Shown: positions 1 through 12,922 of the stretch, piece after piece
How the letters are laid out: every line of letters starts with the position of its first letter
How positions within the stretch are numbered: position 1 is the stretch's first letter
Source of the DNA: Octopus vulgaris
Taxonomy: Eukaryota
NCBI GenBank assembly: GCA_951406725.2
Contig: OX597825.1
Coordinates: forward strand, 22,196,001-22,260,000
Reading direction: 5' to 3'
Length of the DNA: 64,000 nt
Made by a program: the position numbers and the translations under genes
The notes under the pieces: model-generated
Databases searched by the model: none
Told to the model about the DNA's origin: nothing
Seen by the model: the letters and a program-made list of their open reading frames with translations, nothing else

Positions 1-302
1 AAATTAACGCCATTCTTATTATATAGCATTGTTGAAGACAGAGTTGTATATGTGTGAGGACATACATATCGTAGAAAAGTTACTGCCTGTTCGTTCACCT
101 TGCGCTGCTTCATGGGCAAAACCATCTATGATAGATTCGAATAAACGTTAGATTTTTGGAGAAGTTGTCTAGACCCAAGCGGAAGGCAATCCCATTGATT
201 GTCTTACATGAAGAATTCGGAGGTCTCCTGTTTTAAATATCATCAAGTACCTCTTTTCACCATTGTTACTGCAATTCACCCATTTCTAAGTATATTGGTT
301 TA

Positions 303-2440
303 AAATTTTAGAACGAAACAGCGATTTCCGTAGAGCGTGTAAGTCGACTTCATCTTCCCCAATGCATAACTGGTACATATTTTATCGACCCCGAAAGAAT
401 GAATGGCAAAATGGAAACCGGTGGTATTTGAACTCAGAAGTAATGTCGGTAGAAATGTTACTGAGCATTTTTACCGGCGCGGTAAAGATGATCCAACTCT
501 CCGACTTTACTTGTAAATATACTTAGACAAATCACCGCTCCAGAATTCTTACTCCTACCGGATTGCTCGAGGCCCTAGAAAAGTTCAGTGATGTGGACCT
601 TTCTCTTCTGGGTAAGACCTAAAACTGTATATATTAAAACACTTGAGTATAACATTTCTATCACTAGATTTAGGGGAAGAAAAAGTGCCATCTTTGTGAT
701 TGTTATTCACATCTCCATTATGTAGTAGCAATTTACTCCCTTATAGACTACTGATTATGACATATCATACTCCACATCGCTTACTACCATACAAAATTAT
801 TCGTTCACAAACCTCTCTCTTTATATTCAAAACTAAATTTGCTTATGAACAAAATTAACACTCTTCTAAAATATAACGTATTTCTAAAGCTCTCGCATCG
901 TCAAAATGTCCAAGAGAGGATTTATAGTAGATTTTATGCAACTTCACATTTAACCAATTGGCACTGATTCTATCTGTCATGAAATAATGAAATATGCAAT
1001 GTAAATATCCGGCAAAACCAAATACTGCCAGGCACCCGTCTCTATCACTATTTACACTTGAACGTTCTTATCATAAATATTATTAATACGATATTCTCAG
1101 AGCCAGTAAAATATGGCAAACACTGAAAATTATGAGGTTAGCTGGCTCAAACGTTAGCACGCCGGGCATAATCCGTTGCGACATTTTATTCGTTTCTACA
1201 CGCTGAGTTCAAATTCTACAGAAATCGTTTTGGCCTTTAATTCTTTCGGGGTGAGCACTGGTGTCGTTGTAATCGATTTATCTCCTACACGAAATGTTAA
1301 TATTTGTTACTTTTTTTGTTTAGATACAATTCTTTCTGCTTTAGGCACAGAACCTAACATATTGGAGTAGAAAAGTAGCCCATAATATCGACATCAGTGG
1401 TCGAAATCTATCGGCCCGGATGAAATGCAAAGTCGACCACGGTTTATTTTGAACTCAGAACGTAACGACTGAGAAAACTGCAGCTAAACATTTTACCGCG
1501 TGTTCTAACGGTTATACCAGCTCGCCAACTTTCTCTGTTTCTTCATAAAACATTAATATGAATGGTTACTCAATACCAGTGGTTCTCAACCGATTTTTGG
1601 CCGTGCCCCACCGAATGATTTTTAAAATCCTGATGCCCCCTTGTGATATGTATTTTTTGTTATTCAAAATTTGGTTACTGTTTACAATATTACCCAGAAA
1701 CAAAATGGAAAAAAAAATAGTGGAACGCATGTTAAGTAATCTACTTACCACACAGCCACTCCTACGCCTATATAAAAATGGTATTGTTGGGTCGAATTCC
1801 TCACCAGAAATAATGAGTCAAATTTTGGCTCAATAACAATAGTTTTAGAAGAGAGGGATCTAGTCCATTACATGCACGTTGTTACTTGACTAGTACATAT
1901 ATCATCTACTACGAGAGAATGAAATGTAATGCCCAAGCCGAGGGAATTTGAGCCCAGAGCAAAGCTGATTTTCCGACGTTCTACTACCTATATTATTTCT
2001 TTCAAATTTTGGCACAAAGCCTGTAGTTTGGGGTCGGAAAAAGTTAATTACACCGTCCCCATTGCTCGACCGCTACTTATTTTATCGAACCCAAAAAGAT
2101 GGAAAACAAAAATTGACCGCACAGTAACTTGAACTCAAAACGTAAAGATGGACGAAATACCGGTAAACGTCTTCTCCGGTTTACCTACGCCTCTTCCTGC
2201 TCATTGACTTTACTCTCCGCCAGGAATACCGGATTAAATTTTGAAAAGAAGTCCAGCAGTTTTGAGGAGAGGGGAATTCGATTATATCGATCCGAATGTG
2301 CAAACAGTACTTCTTTATCGACTCTGAAATGATGAAATGCGAAATCGACCTCGGCGAAACACGAAGTCAGAAGATAAAGACGGACGAATGCTGCTGAGCA
2401 TTTTGCCCCGAGCCCTAACAATTGATCCGGCTCGCCGTCT
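303..2440. mobile_element. Cluster of degenerate tRNA-head Nin-domain-like SINE copies (family A): ~303-508(-), 1135-1290(+), 1335-1530(-), 1810-2200(-), 2235-2440(-)
   Basis: Repeated diverged matches to the motif atcgaccccgaaaggatgaaaggcaaagtcgacctcggcggaatttgaactcagaacgt seen in better-preserved copies at 14180, 15790 and 26899. Confidence 0.8.
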
Positions 2441-2569
2441 TTTCTCTCCGCTAGTTATATGAAAGCAAAATACGCGATTCTTAAAAAAAATACATGAAAA
2501 CTATATAAATAAAAATCGAAAATATCTGCGTCAAGAAAGTTTTGTAACTGCTAATAAATAATAAGAAAT

Positions 2570-2804
2570 GTGCCTAGTCAGGCTCATGGGCACGGTTTCC
2601 CGGATTCAATGGCGTATGTATTCCCTAGCTGGACGGGACGTCAGTCCATCGCAGCGTTACTCATTTTTGCCAGCTGAGTGGACTGGAGCAACGTGGAATG
2701 AAGTGTTTTGCTCAAGAACACAACGCGTGGCCCGGTCCAGGAACCGAAACCACAATTTTAAGATCATGATGCTGACGCCTTAACCACTACGCCACGCGCC
2801 TCCA
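2570..2804 (-). mobile_element. tRNA-derived SINE (family D head)
   Basis: Minus strand starts ggaggcgcgtggcgtagtggttaaggcg (A box) ... ggtttcggttcctggacc (B-box-like), then gttgtgttcttgagcaaaacactt...cactcagctg shared with the 36855 copy. Confidence 0.8.
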
Positions 2805-3304
2805 CTTGTAACTTCTACAGATCGGGTTTAGTAAAGGATCAAAGACCTGCACTTTTGACTAGTCTAGTGACGTAATTTTATGAGCGTTACAACAGATAAA
2901 TAAATATCCCTTGTGAAAGCAAGATATCGAAATATCACACAAATTGATTTGCATATATCTTATTGGATACGTTTATTTAAATACCGAAAAATCAAGCGAT
3001 TGTTTGTCGCGCATTTTTTTACTCTATGACCTTCATGGAGCCTAATCACATGTCTTTCTACTGCTTGATCGATAAATTTGCATTCTTCTTCTTCACAGCA
3101 TTGCAGACCAGACATTCTATTCTGACTTCAAGCTGATATAACGTTCTATAAATAGTTTTCGCACCATTCAGCTATTCATTAGCTGTCACATAATCATTTC
3201 ATTATTCAATAAATATCCATGAGTATAATGCTACTAACACCGCTACCACATTGATGATGGCTGCAACGCCGTTATTAATGATGATGATGATGATGATGAT
3301 GATG

Positions 3305-3487
3305 AGGCACGAGGCCGGACATTTGGGGGGGAGGGGACAAGTCCACTGGAAGTTAATTTATCGATCCCGAAATGAAATGAAATACAAAGTCGATTACGGC
3401 GGAATTTCGAAATTAAATGTAGCGCAGATGAAATATCGCTAAGCATTTCGTCCGGTGTGCTAACGATTGTGCCACCTCACCGCCTTA
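3305..3487 (-). mobile_element. SINE family A copy
   Basis: ttatcgatcccgaaatgaaatgaaatacaaagtcgattacggcggaatttcgaa...gctaagcatttcgtccggtgtgctaacgattgtgccacctcaccgcctt. Confidence 0.75.
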
Positions 3488-3489
3488 AG

Positions 3490-4200
3490 GATGATGATGC
3501 TCATGCTGCTGTTGCTGCTGCCGCTGCTGCTGCTGCTGATGATGATGATGTTGATGATGATGATTATGATGATGAAAATCATAATAATAAGAAGAAGACG
3601 AAGAAGAAGAAAACGAAGAAGACGAAGAAGAAGAAGAAGAAGAAGAAGAAGAAGAAGAAGAAAAGGAAGAAGTAGAAAAAGAAGAGGTAGAAAAAGAAGT
3701 AGAAGAAAAAGGAGAAAAAGAACAAGAAAAAGAAGAAGTAGAAAGAAGCAAATAGAAGAAGAAGAAGAAGAAGAAGAAGAAGAAGAAGAAGAAGAAGAAG
3801 AAGAAGAAGGAGAAAAAGAACAAGAAAAAGAAGAAAAGAAGAAGGGGAAGAAAAAAAGAAGAAGAACAACAACAACAAGAAGAAGAAGAAGAAGAAGAAG
3901 AAGAAGAAGAAGAAGAAGAAGAAGAAGAAAAGAAGAAGAAGAAGAAGAAGAAGAAGAAGAAGAAGAAGAAGAAGAAGAAGAAGAAGAAGAAGAAGAAGAA
4001 GAAGAAGAAGAAGAAGAAGAAGAAGAAGAAGAAGAAGAAGAAAAGAAGAAGAAGAAAAGAAGAAGAAGAAGAAGAAGAAGAAGAAGAAGAAGAAGAAGAA
4101 GAAGAAGAAGAAAAGAAGGAGAAAAAGAAGAAGAAAAGAAGAAGAAGGGGAAGAAAAAAAGAACAAGAAAAAGAGCAAGAAAAAGAAGGAGAAAGAAGAA
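3490..4200. repeat. Compound microsatellite (GAT/GCT)n followed by ~600 bp of (GAA)n-based polypurine tract
   Basis: Direct reading; explains the poly-R/E/K/F/S ORFs at 3457-4255. Confidence 0.97.
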
Positions 4201-5431
4201 GGTTGACTTTGCCTTTCATCCTGTCGAGGTCAACAAAATAAGCACCAGTTGACAATTGAGATCGCTGTAATCGACTATGCCCTTCCCCAAAATTTCAGTC
4301 CACTTGCCTATAAAAGCAAGGATTATTTTCATTATTACGATTCTTGTCATTATTCCTACATTGTGCTTATGTAAATACAGCGTTATGTCAACAATATCTC
4401 TTTGATTATCTAACTACAAATTACGTGAAACTCTTTTATTACCGCATTGATTTACTGTGGACATGCCTTTTAACATATCGCCTAAGAATTTATTATATGT
4501 TACGCCCTTTCTTTATTTCCTTTTAGTTTTTCATCTCATTTTGATACATTGCTTAGACTACTTAGGCAATCTTGTAAATAGGATCCGTTGCACATGTTAT
4601 ACAGTAATATATTTAAATCAATATCTGTGTGTGTGTATGTTCATGACATGCATTAGTTTACAAATGATTATTTCTAATGCTGAATATAATGAATAAGGAG
4701 AGAAGAGAGAGAGAGAGAGATTTCGACAAAGTGGGCTGGGACTGTTAATTACCTGCATCTAACTCCAAGATCATTACGCGAAACATTTGTCTCACTTTAC
4801 GGTATTGTGGGCTTAACATTAATGACCGATCACAAGTATTTTTTTAAGGTGATATTTCAACTAATGCTATGAAATTGCTAAAAGGTGAGCTTGATGTTGG
4901 ATTAGCATGTGCGTTAAGAGAGAGAGTGAGAGAGAAAAAGAGAGAGAAGACGAAGAGAAAGCAAGAGCTTGATAAAGAGAAACAGAAAGAGTTAGTGAGA
5001 GAGTGAGAGACTGAAAAAGAGGGATTGAGAGAAAGACAGAGAATGTAAGATATGGATGTTTGGCATTAATACACTGTGTGTATGTCAAACATGCATACAC
5101 ACAGATATAGTGTGTATATGTATACATAAATATAATTAACATACACACAGACACCCACAAATCCCCGTACACTTCTATGTAAACAATTGCATAGACATAC
5201 ACATGTCCACACATACCTCCATATATACACACATATATAGATGCACACACATACATTCCTATGCATATACAAACACACACTTACATTGGTACATGGAGGT
5301 GGATCTCCATATTATATTGCTTCCTATCAACAACCACTGGAACGTTTGTCAGTTGGTGAATGGTTTCACAAATAGAGATATATATCCTACTTTATTTCAC
5401 TCTGATTTATTCTTCATTCTTCTTCCTATGT

Positions 5432-5570
5432 TTCATGCTTTAGTGGTTAGGGTATCGGGTTCACAATTCTAAGGCCATGAGTTCGATTCACGGCCGCGCT
5501 TTGTGTCTTTGAGCAATGCACATTCTTTTACGTGTCTTCATTCTGCTCAGCTGGTGAAAATGAGTTGCTT
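5432..5570 (+). mobile_element. Truncated SINE family D head
   Basis: ttagtggttagggtatcgggttcacaattctaaggccatgagttcgattc...tgtgtctttgagcaatgcac...tgctcagctggtgaaaatgagttgc. Confidence 0.65.
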
Positions 5571-5991
5571 CGAGTGGTGAAAATAAGTACGTATTTGTGT
5601 ATCTGTGTGTATTTGTGTATATGTATATTTGTCATTGTTCAGTTTTATTTCAAGATCTCTAACCTACTTTCAAGGCCAATTTATTGGAAGTTCAACATCA
5701 ACAATAGGGTGTATTTGTTTTGTATCTATGTATGTATGTGTGCAAATTTGTATATTTTGCTTTATGTATGCATTCTCATGCATGCAGTTGCATACCTAGA
5801 CGTGCTCATATATATTTCAAAACTTCCAGATTTTTATAGTTCCAGTGACGGATTGGATCTGTAGTCTTCGAATTGGCTTCCTCCTTTCTGGTTTGTATGT
5901 ATGTAGGCATGTGTGAGTTTATATACAAATATATATATATATATATGTATATAAAACAGAAGATGGCTAGGTGCCAATGCATATGCTTACA

Positions 5992-6025
<34 letters not shown>

Positions 6026-6479
6026 TACATACACACATGCGCGCGCATATATATACATCCATAGGGGATGAATATTGAAGTTTTTAATGCAAATACAAAT
6101 GTTTCAATATCATCGGAATTTATTTGCCTTTAATGTATTACGTCGTTATTTTAAATGCTGAATGCCTGCAGTTTCATCAAGGACCCCTACAAAAAATAAA
6201 AAGGACATATGTTATTTAGATTTATACTATTTTAGAAGCAAGTTATGGTTGGGGCACTCTTTCAACAAGTCAGTGTCATCATACTACCACCAGTACAGTC
6301 TTACGAAATAGAAATGGTCGTCCGCTGTCGGTATGAGAGTGTGGATATTTATCAGTCAACTGCTTTGTTACAAGTATTTCAAGTGCAGGTTCAAAAACAG
6401 ACGATAATCTTCGTCGTCAATTGTTCATTAAAGAAATATAGGAGCGGATTTGTTTGCCATCGCAATATTGAACAGCACA

Positions 6480-6870
6480 ATCAAAAGGAAGAATAATATT
6501 AAAATTTACTATCCATTATAATTCTAAACAGATCAGATGGCAGAGCATAACAGAGCGGACTTAATGGTGGTGGACAAGATGCTCCATATGTGCTATATAG
6601 TTGAGGTTGCATGCCTTTTGATCCACGAATAGTCAAGAAGGAAGGCAAAAAGATAGGTAGATAAAACCTTCTTAAGTACGAAATAGCCCTAAGACAGTAC
6701 CAATTATTGGGTTCTTGGGAACAGTGTCACGAGGCATCAAGATGAATATCAAGGAATTTTGAATAGATTGCCCTGGTAAACTGCTATAAAAGTTTTGCCA
6801 CCTTGGCATTGCCATAAAAATGAAGAAAGTATTAGAAAGCTGAAAAGTACGGATAGCATGATACCCTAGG
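6480..6870 (+). mobile_element. Degenerate 3' end of an R4/Dong-type RLE non-LTR retrotransposon
   Basis: Frameshifted remnants PFDPRIVKKEGKKIGR, VPIIGFLGTV, LGIAIKMKKVLES* match the C-terminal restriction-like endonuclease tail of the other copies. Confidence 0.6.
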
Positions 6871-6928
6871 CTGCAGTTAGCAACCTGCTACGCATGCAAG
6901 TATCCAGGAATTTTAACAAAGCCTTTTA

Positions 6929-9400
6929 CAAATACATAAACAAAACTCCAGGACTTACAAGTATATATAACGTACAGAAAATAGCATTACTCGGCACTGC
7001 ATACATCCAACGTAAAACACTTTCAATACAGTGGAAATAAGAGCACCGCTACGAACAACAGCACATGCCCAAGTCACGCAGAGCAACCTCAGAAAAAGGT
7101 CTATCAAAACAAGGAAATCAGGACCTGAACAACTCTGGCCCTTATGACAACTGAAGAGGTCACCCATGCACTGCAACTGGAAGGAACACGGATACGACAA
7201 GATCTCCAACTTTAAATACGTAACAGGAACACATAAAACGCTGGCTGAGAAATTTAATGAATACTAGCAGAGCCAGAGACAATGCCTGAATGGCTCCCTA
7301 CAGTTTATAAAGCCTTTACTGCAATAATATTGCAGAGAATAAGCATGCATCTGGAAGAAAACAACCTTTTTCCGGAAGAGCAGAAAGGATGCCGCAAGGG
7401 CTCATACGTCTGTAAACATCAACTACAGATCAATAAAGCCATAACTGAAGAAAGCCGCAGAAAGCAGAAGGGTCTAGGTATGGCCTGGATTGATTACCGA
7501 AATGCCTTTGATAGTATTACCCACACACGGATCCTAGAACAAGGTAACACTAATAATCATAAGATATATAAGACATTCCATGAATAAATGGTAGATAATG
7601 CCACAGCGCCAGAGAAAGAGGAACTCATAAAAACCAAAGCCATCACCATTAGAAGAGGAATATTCCAAGGAGACACACTCTCCACTCCTTTTCTGCTTGG
7701 CACTAACACCTTTATCCGACATGCTGAACAGAACTGGATGTAGGTACAACAGCTACGGCAAAACAATTAGACACCTCTTATATATGGATGACCTAAAACT
7801 GTACGCTACAAATGATAAACATCTGGAAACACTACTACAGACAGTATATGGATTCACCAAAAGGAATAAACATGAAATTTGGCTTAGCAAAATATGCCAA
7901 AGCAACCACGAAAAGAAAACTAAGTAAGAGTAGCAACATCACACTAGATTAAGCAAATGGAATATGAGAATTAGACCAAAGCCATGCATACTTAGGAATC
8001 AACGAACTAGATACGATACAATACCCACAAATGAAAGGGAAGATAAAATAAGTATACAATAAACGAGTTAGATTAATACTAAAAACTGAGATCAGTGTGA
8101 AAGACAAGATAATAAGTATCAACACTCTAGTAATCCCGGTTATAATTTACAGCCACAATATTCTTAACTGGACACTAAATCAGAATAGACAGAAAAACAA
8201 GAAAAATAATGACAGGATTTATGATGTACCACACAAAATCTGACACGATTATACATACTTATACAGCTAGAAAACTGTTTAAAAAATAATCACCATAAGA
8301 CCACAGAAATACCTTCATCAGAAGCAAGGAAGAGTAATACAAATAGCCACAAAACACGGACAAAACAAAACAACTGTTTTTAGCTTTTAATGAAGTTGAC
8401 AAATACAAAATGAAGTCATAGTACTTAACAACTATGAAGAAAAACAAACGCTGTAAAACAACTGAAATCCAGCCTAAAACTTGAACAGCAACGGATCATG
8501 ATAAAACGATGACAAGAAAAGCCCCTTTACGGCAAATACTGGATTAAACTAAACAAGAATGACATAAAAAATAGCAAAATCCCAACAATAAATGAGAAGC
8601 TCAGAGCTCAAAGCAAAGACTGAATCATTTTTAATTGCAGCACAAGACCAAAGCTTTCACACCCGAAATCACCAGAAAAAATGTAACGAAAAGAAATACT
8701 ACAACTAACTGCAGAATATGTGGAGATGAACACGAAACAATAAATCATAATGTCTCTGACTGCCCAGTTCTGCTAAGATGAAATATATTCACAGACGCGA
8801 GAGAGTTGGGACTTATATACACTGGAAGCTGTGTCAGCACTACGGAATAACAACAGAAAAAAGATGGTATAAGCACACGCCAGAAAATGTCACAGAAAAT
8901 GAGAAAGCAACAATACACTGGGATATAATGTTACACACAGATAGAGAAATTAAGGCCAATGTGCCGGATATGGTTGTCAGAGATCATCGAAAAGAAAAAT
9001 GTTTTCTAATTGCTGTATCAATACCAGCGGATGACAACGTGTCTCTAAAACAGATGAAAAAGTTTCGCTAAAAGAAACGGAGAGACTTTCAAAATACAAA
9101 GACCTGGAAATGAAAGTAAATCGAATATGGGGCCTAAAAACAGAAGCAATTCCTATCATAGTAGCTGCATTAGGGATGATGAGCAAATATTCAGACAAAT
9201 ACATAACAAAAATACTAGGACTTACAAATATATATAACATACAAAAAATAGCGCTACTAGACACCGCACACATCCTACGTAAAACACTTTTAATACAGTA
9301 AAAATGAGAACATCACAACAAACCACAGCATATAACTAAAACAGAGCTGCGTTCCGTTGTGCAGTGAAAGCACGTGAAGTGAAAAAATAAGACTAGTCAA
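6929..9400 (+). mobile_element. 5'-truncated, frameshifted R4/Dong-clade LINE (RT + CCHC + RLE), preceded by a second copy of its own 3' end (6929-7085)
   Basis: RT motifs EQKGCRKGS, WIDYRNAFDSI, GIFQGD, HLLYMDDLKLYA; zinc knuckle CRICGDEHETINH..SDC; RLE region IKANVPDMVV..CFLIAVSIP; ends IQKIALLDTAHILRKTL. Many stops and frameshifts. Confidence 0.93.
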
Positions 9401-9456
9401 CAACAACAAAGTAGCAGCGAACAATAATGATGCCGATATATTTACAAAATATACAA

Positions 9457-9662
9457 TATGTGTGTGTGTCAGTGGGTGTCCCCCCAACATCACTTTACAA
9501 CCGATGCTGGTGTGTTTACATCCCCGTAACTTAGAGGTTCGGCAATAAAGACCGATGGAATAAGTACTAGGCTTACAAAGAATAAGTCCTGGGGTCGATG
9601 TTCTCGACTAAAGGCGGTGCTCCAGCATGGCCACAGTCACATGACTGAAACAAATAAAAGAG

Positions 9663-9663
<1 letters not shown>
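9457..9663 (+). mobile_element. 3' half of SINE family B
   Basis: tgtccccccaacatc...caaccgatgctggtgtgtttacatccccgtaacttag...gcttacaaagaataagtcctggggtcg...tgactgaaacaaataaaagag matches the 59974 copy. Confidence 0.85.
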
Positions 9664-9693
<30 letters not shown>

Positions 9694-9883
9694 GAGTGTA
9701 TTTTTACCTTGTTAACAATTAACACGGAAAAATAAATAAATAGTTACCATTTCAGCAAAAATCTCACAAGTAAAGTTGTTGTAACTCCTTGTTTATAAAG
9801 GTAGAAACTTCGTGTTTACGTTGAATATTTTGAATAATATGAATAAAAAATGGAGTTAACGCAAGTGTAATAAAATATTTTTA

Positions 9884-10535
9884 CTTTCGACACATGTTTC
9901 AAAAATTCCACTGATACTATTCAAAAGAATAAATGGTATAAACAATGCAAATATTCCAGGTATTCTTTTCTAGTGTATTATTCTGGAATATGTATGTAAG
10001 CCTCTTATGGTTAACCACTGCAATATTATCCGTTAGTGTGCATGTAGTTGAATACGAATTTTTGACTGTATGGCTGTTGAAGCTCTATTAGAATGATGTA
10101 AATCTTCTTCGCATGCACCAAATAACACTTCGAAAAAGTCATCAATTATGTTAATAGCGTTAGGAGGATTATACCAGGTTAAAAGACCAGAATGAACAAT
10201 TTCATTTAGAATGGTTGATTCTCTCAATTTCCATACCATATGACAAAGGCAAGAAATTCTGTCTTCTCTGCAATTCTGAGCTATTTTTCATTATTTTTTC
10301 TAAAAATACTCTAGTAAACGCGGTTATAGAGCGAGCATACAGATGTAAGCATTGGCAAAAACATACATTTAGTGCATATACGTAGTCTCTATCATTATAT
10401 ATAATTTAAATTTTAATTTCCTTTATATTTAACATTCACTATTAATATCCCTACTCTTTCTGTTAGCTACTTATGACGTTATATAAGTAATTATGTTAAT
10501 TATGTTAATAGCGTTAGAATGATAATACCAGGTTA
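9884..10535 (-). mobile_element. Penelope-like element remnant with internal partial duplication and decayed hammerhead-like end
   Basis: LTWYNPPNAINIIDDFF and frameshifted FNSHTVKNSYS resemble the PLE linker (IWFNPP...FNRNTVKISYS); VWKLRE resembles the GIY-YIG C-terminal part; 10498-10535 duplicates 10144-10181; minus-strand gaaacatgtgtcgaaag at 9884-9900. Confidence 0.65.
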
Positions 10536-11029
10536 TCTATGTAATTTATACTCTATTTTTGTTTAACTATAACTTTCGGTACTGCTATACTTTTAAGCAT
10601 GCAAGGTAAAATTTCAATATTTACTTACAGTAGATATAAACATAAATAACGTTTTAAAAATTCTCCCCCAAAATTATTTAGTATGTCTTCTTACTTGTCA
10701 GTAGGGAAGAGAGAAGAAATATTTAGCAAATATCAACATTTTATAGTAATTTGGGGTATCGTAAATGTTAAAAAATTCAGTGTAGCTCTGCATCTCTAAA
10801 TAGGAGAGGAAAATAAAACAATAAAAAAACTTTGCGATTTTATTTATAGTTTCGCACGTAGTAAATAGCAGTTATTATGTGCTGTATTCGAGTTCGTACT
10901 TAAGTGGCTGATAAATATCCGGTTTACTTCATGTAATGCATACTTGCCGTATCTCAAAGATATATGAAGATGATTTTCATGAGGAGAACGATCCATGTTT
11001 CGGCAACTTAGACATACATATATACATGC

Positions 11030-11244
11030 CAACACACAAAAGCACACAGATACGCAAATACACACACACACACATACACACACAAACACACACATACACA
11101 CACAAACACACACACACACAGACATATATATATATGTACATATATACATATACACATATACATGCATCTATATATATATATATATATATACATACATACA
11201 TATATATATATAAACATATATACTTACATACCTGTATATATATG

Positions 11245-11294
<50 letters not shown>

Positions 11295-11318
11295 TATATG
11301 CATACATGCATACGCCCC

Positions 11319-11352
<34 letters not shown>

Positions 11353-11520
11353 GGTGTGTGTATGCGTGTATGCATATATATATATATATATATAAATGTA
11401 TGTATGTACATACATATATGCATATATATATATATGTGTGTGTGTGTTTGTGTGTGTGTATGTATATACATACACGTACTATGAATACTATACATATATA
11501 TACATTACATATATATGCGT
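11030..11520. repeat. Compound (CA)n/(TA)n/(TG)n microsatellite
   Basis: Direct reading. Confidence 0.95.
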
Positions 11521-12569
11521 GAGTGTATGTGCAGAGACATATGTAGGACTTAGCAGAAAAGAGCTAGATATTTACAGGTGTCATAAGCAGCAAGATAAAC
11601 CAGAGAACATAAAATGTTTGTGATTTATACTCAGATAAACCACCGTTTGACCTTTAAAGGGGTTCAAAATAAGAAGTGCTTTACTTTTCATCATAGTAGC
11701 AACACCTTCTCACATATGTTCCTTGTGTGTTCAGTTTTTTAGCCTCCAGGTGGTGATGCTCCTGCTGCTCCTAGATCAAAGACATTCCTCTCCGCTACAT
11801 ATGATGCCATTTTAATTTTTTTCCTTCATACGATATCTCTAGAAGTACATTATCTAATATGTTCCTTTTACTAAAGCCCCTGCATATGAATGGCTACTTG
11901 TAAGCAGGTCAAACTATCACACAGAGGTTTCCTCGCTAGATTTGTATATGTGAATAGTACACCGCTGCGAGCGGAATACGTTCCGTATTGATTACCATCA
12001 ATTTCTCGGCGCCGTGTTATCTTCAGGCATTGAAGATAGTAACCTCAGTTATAGAAACACAACTTTGTCTATGTTATTGATGCGGGTCAATGTGAGATGT
12101 CATCAAAGAACATCAGGCATGGCGTTTTAAAAGTATCTGAAGTGTTTCCTTGCAGGAAATCACATTCTCTTTAAATATAGAAAATGGAAAGCGGTGATCT
12201 GGCTTCAATATGTATAGAAATTGAGTATTGATCAATATTAAATGAGAACTTTTCATAAAGTTCTCATTTCAGATTCTTTTGAAGACTGTTAAACTTCAAT
12301 TTATTCACAAAGACTCACACACATGCATGCACACACACACACACACACACACACGCACGCATGCACACACACAAAAGTACACACACTCGCACGCAATCAC
12401 ACGCACTTGCACTCGCACATCACTCTCACACACACATATATGTGTCTATATATATATTTATATTTGTGCGTATGTATCTCTCTTTCTAACGTTATCTCTC
12501 CCCCGCCCTCTCTCTGTCTATATATATATATATTCATATATTTATATATATAAAAGGAGAGAGAGAATG

Positions 12570-12922
12570 ATCAATATGACCACGGAAGCCATTCAAACGC
12601 ATGGTTGGAAAGTGCTGCCACACCCATCGCACTCTCCTGATTTGGCATCACGGATTTCCACTCTTTCGATCTCTTTCAAATGCTATGCGCAGAGTTTCGT
12701 TCAATACTGATGCAGAATTGAGAGCTTGGTTGGATCAATTTTTCGAGTCGAAATCGGATTATTTCTACCAAAGAGGTATTGAAAATCTTGTTGACCGTTG
12801 GGAAAAAGTTGTAAACAACAAGGGTGAATAGATTATTGAGTAATTATTTGTTATTTTTTTATAAAATCTTTAAAAAAATTTAAATTAAAAAAACCGTGGG
12901 AACGTTGTTGCCAATCTAATAT
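12570..12922 (+). mobile_element. Mariner transposon 3' fragment with terminal inverted repeat
   Basis: GWKVLPHPSHSPDLA, LFRSLSNAM, FYQRGIENLVDRWEKVVNNKGE (mariner transposase C-terminus); ends aaaaaccgtgggaacgttgttgccaatctaa-TA. Confidence 0.9.

Noticed and set aside
110-227. Minus-strand frame RPPNSSCKTINGIAFRLGLDNFSKNLTFIRIYHRWFCP* after aaaacag
   Set aside because: Acceptor lacks a pyrimidine tract; no supporting context
3457-4255. Long ORFs up to 261 aa (poly-R/E/K/F/S), and similar ORFs at 50127-50690, 30152-31000, 10936-11495, 55893-56391 and 62728-63147
   Set aside because: Translations of microsatellites that lack stop codons; no protein-like complexity
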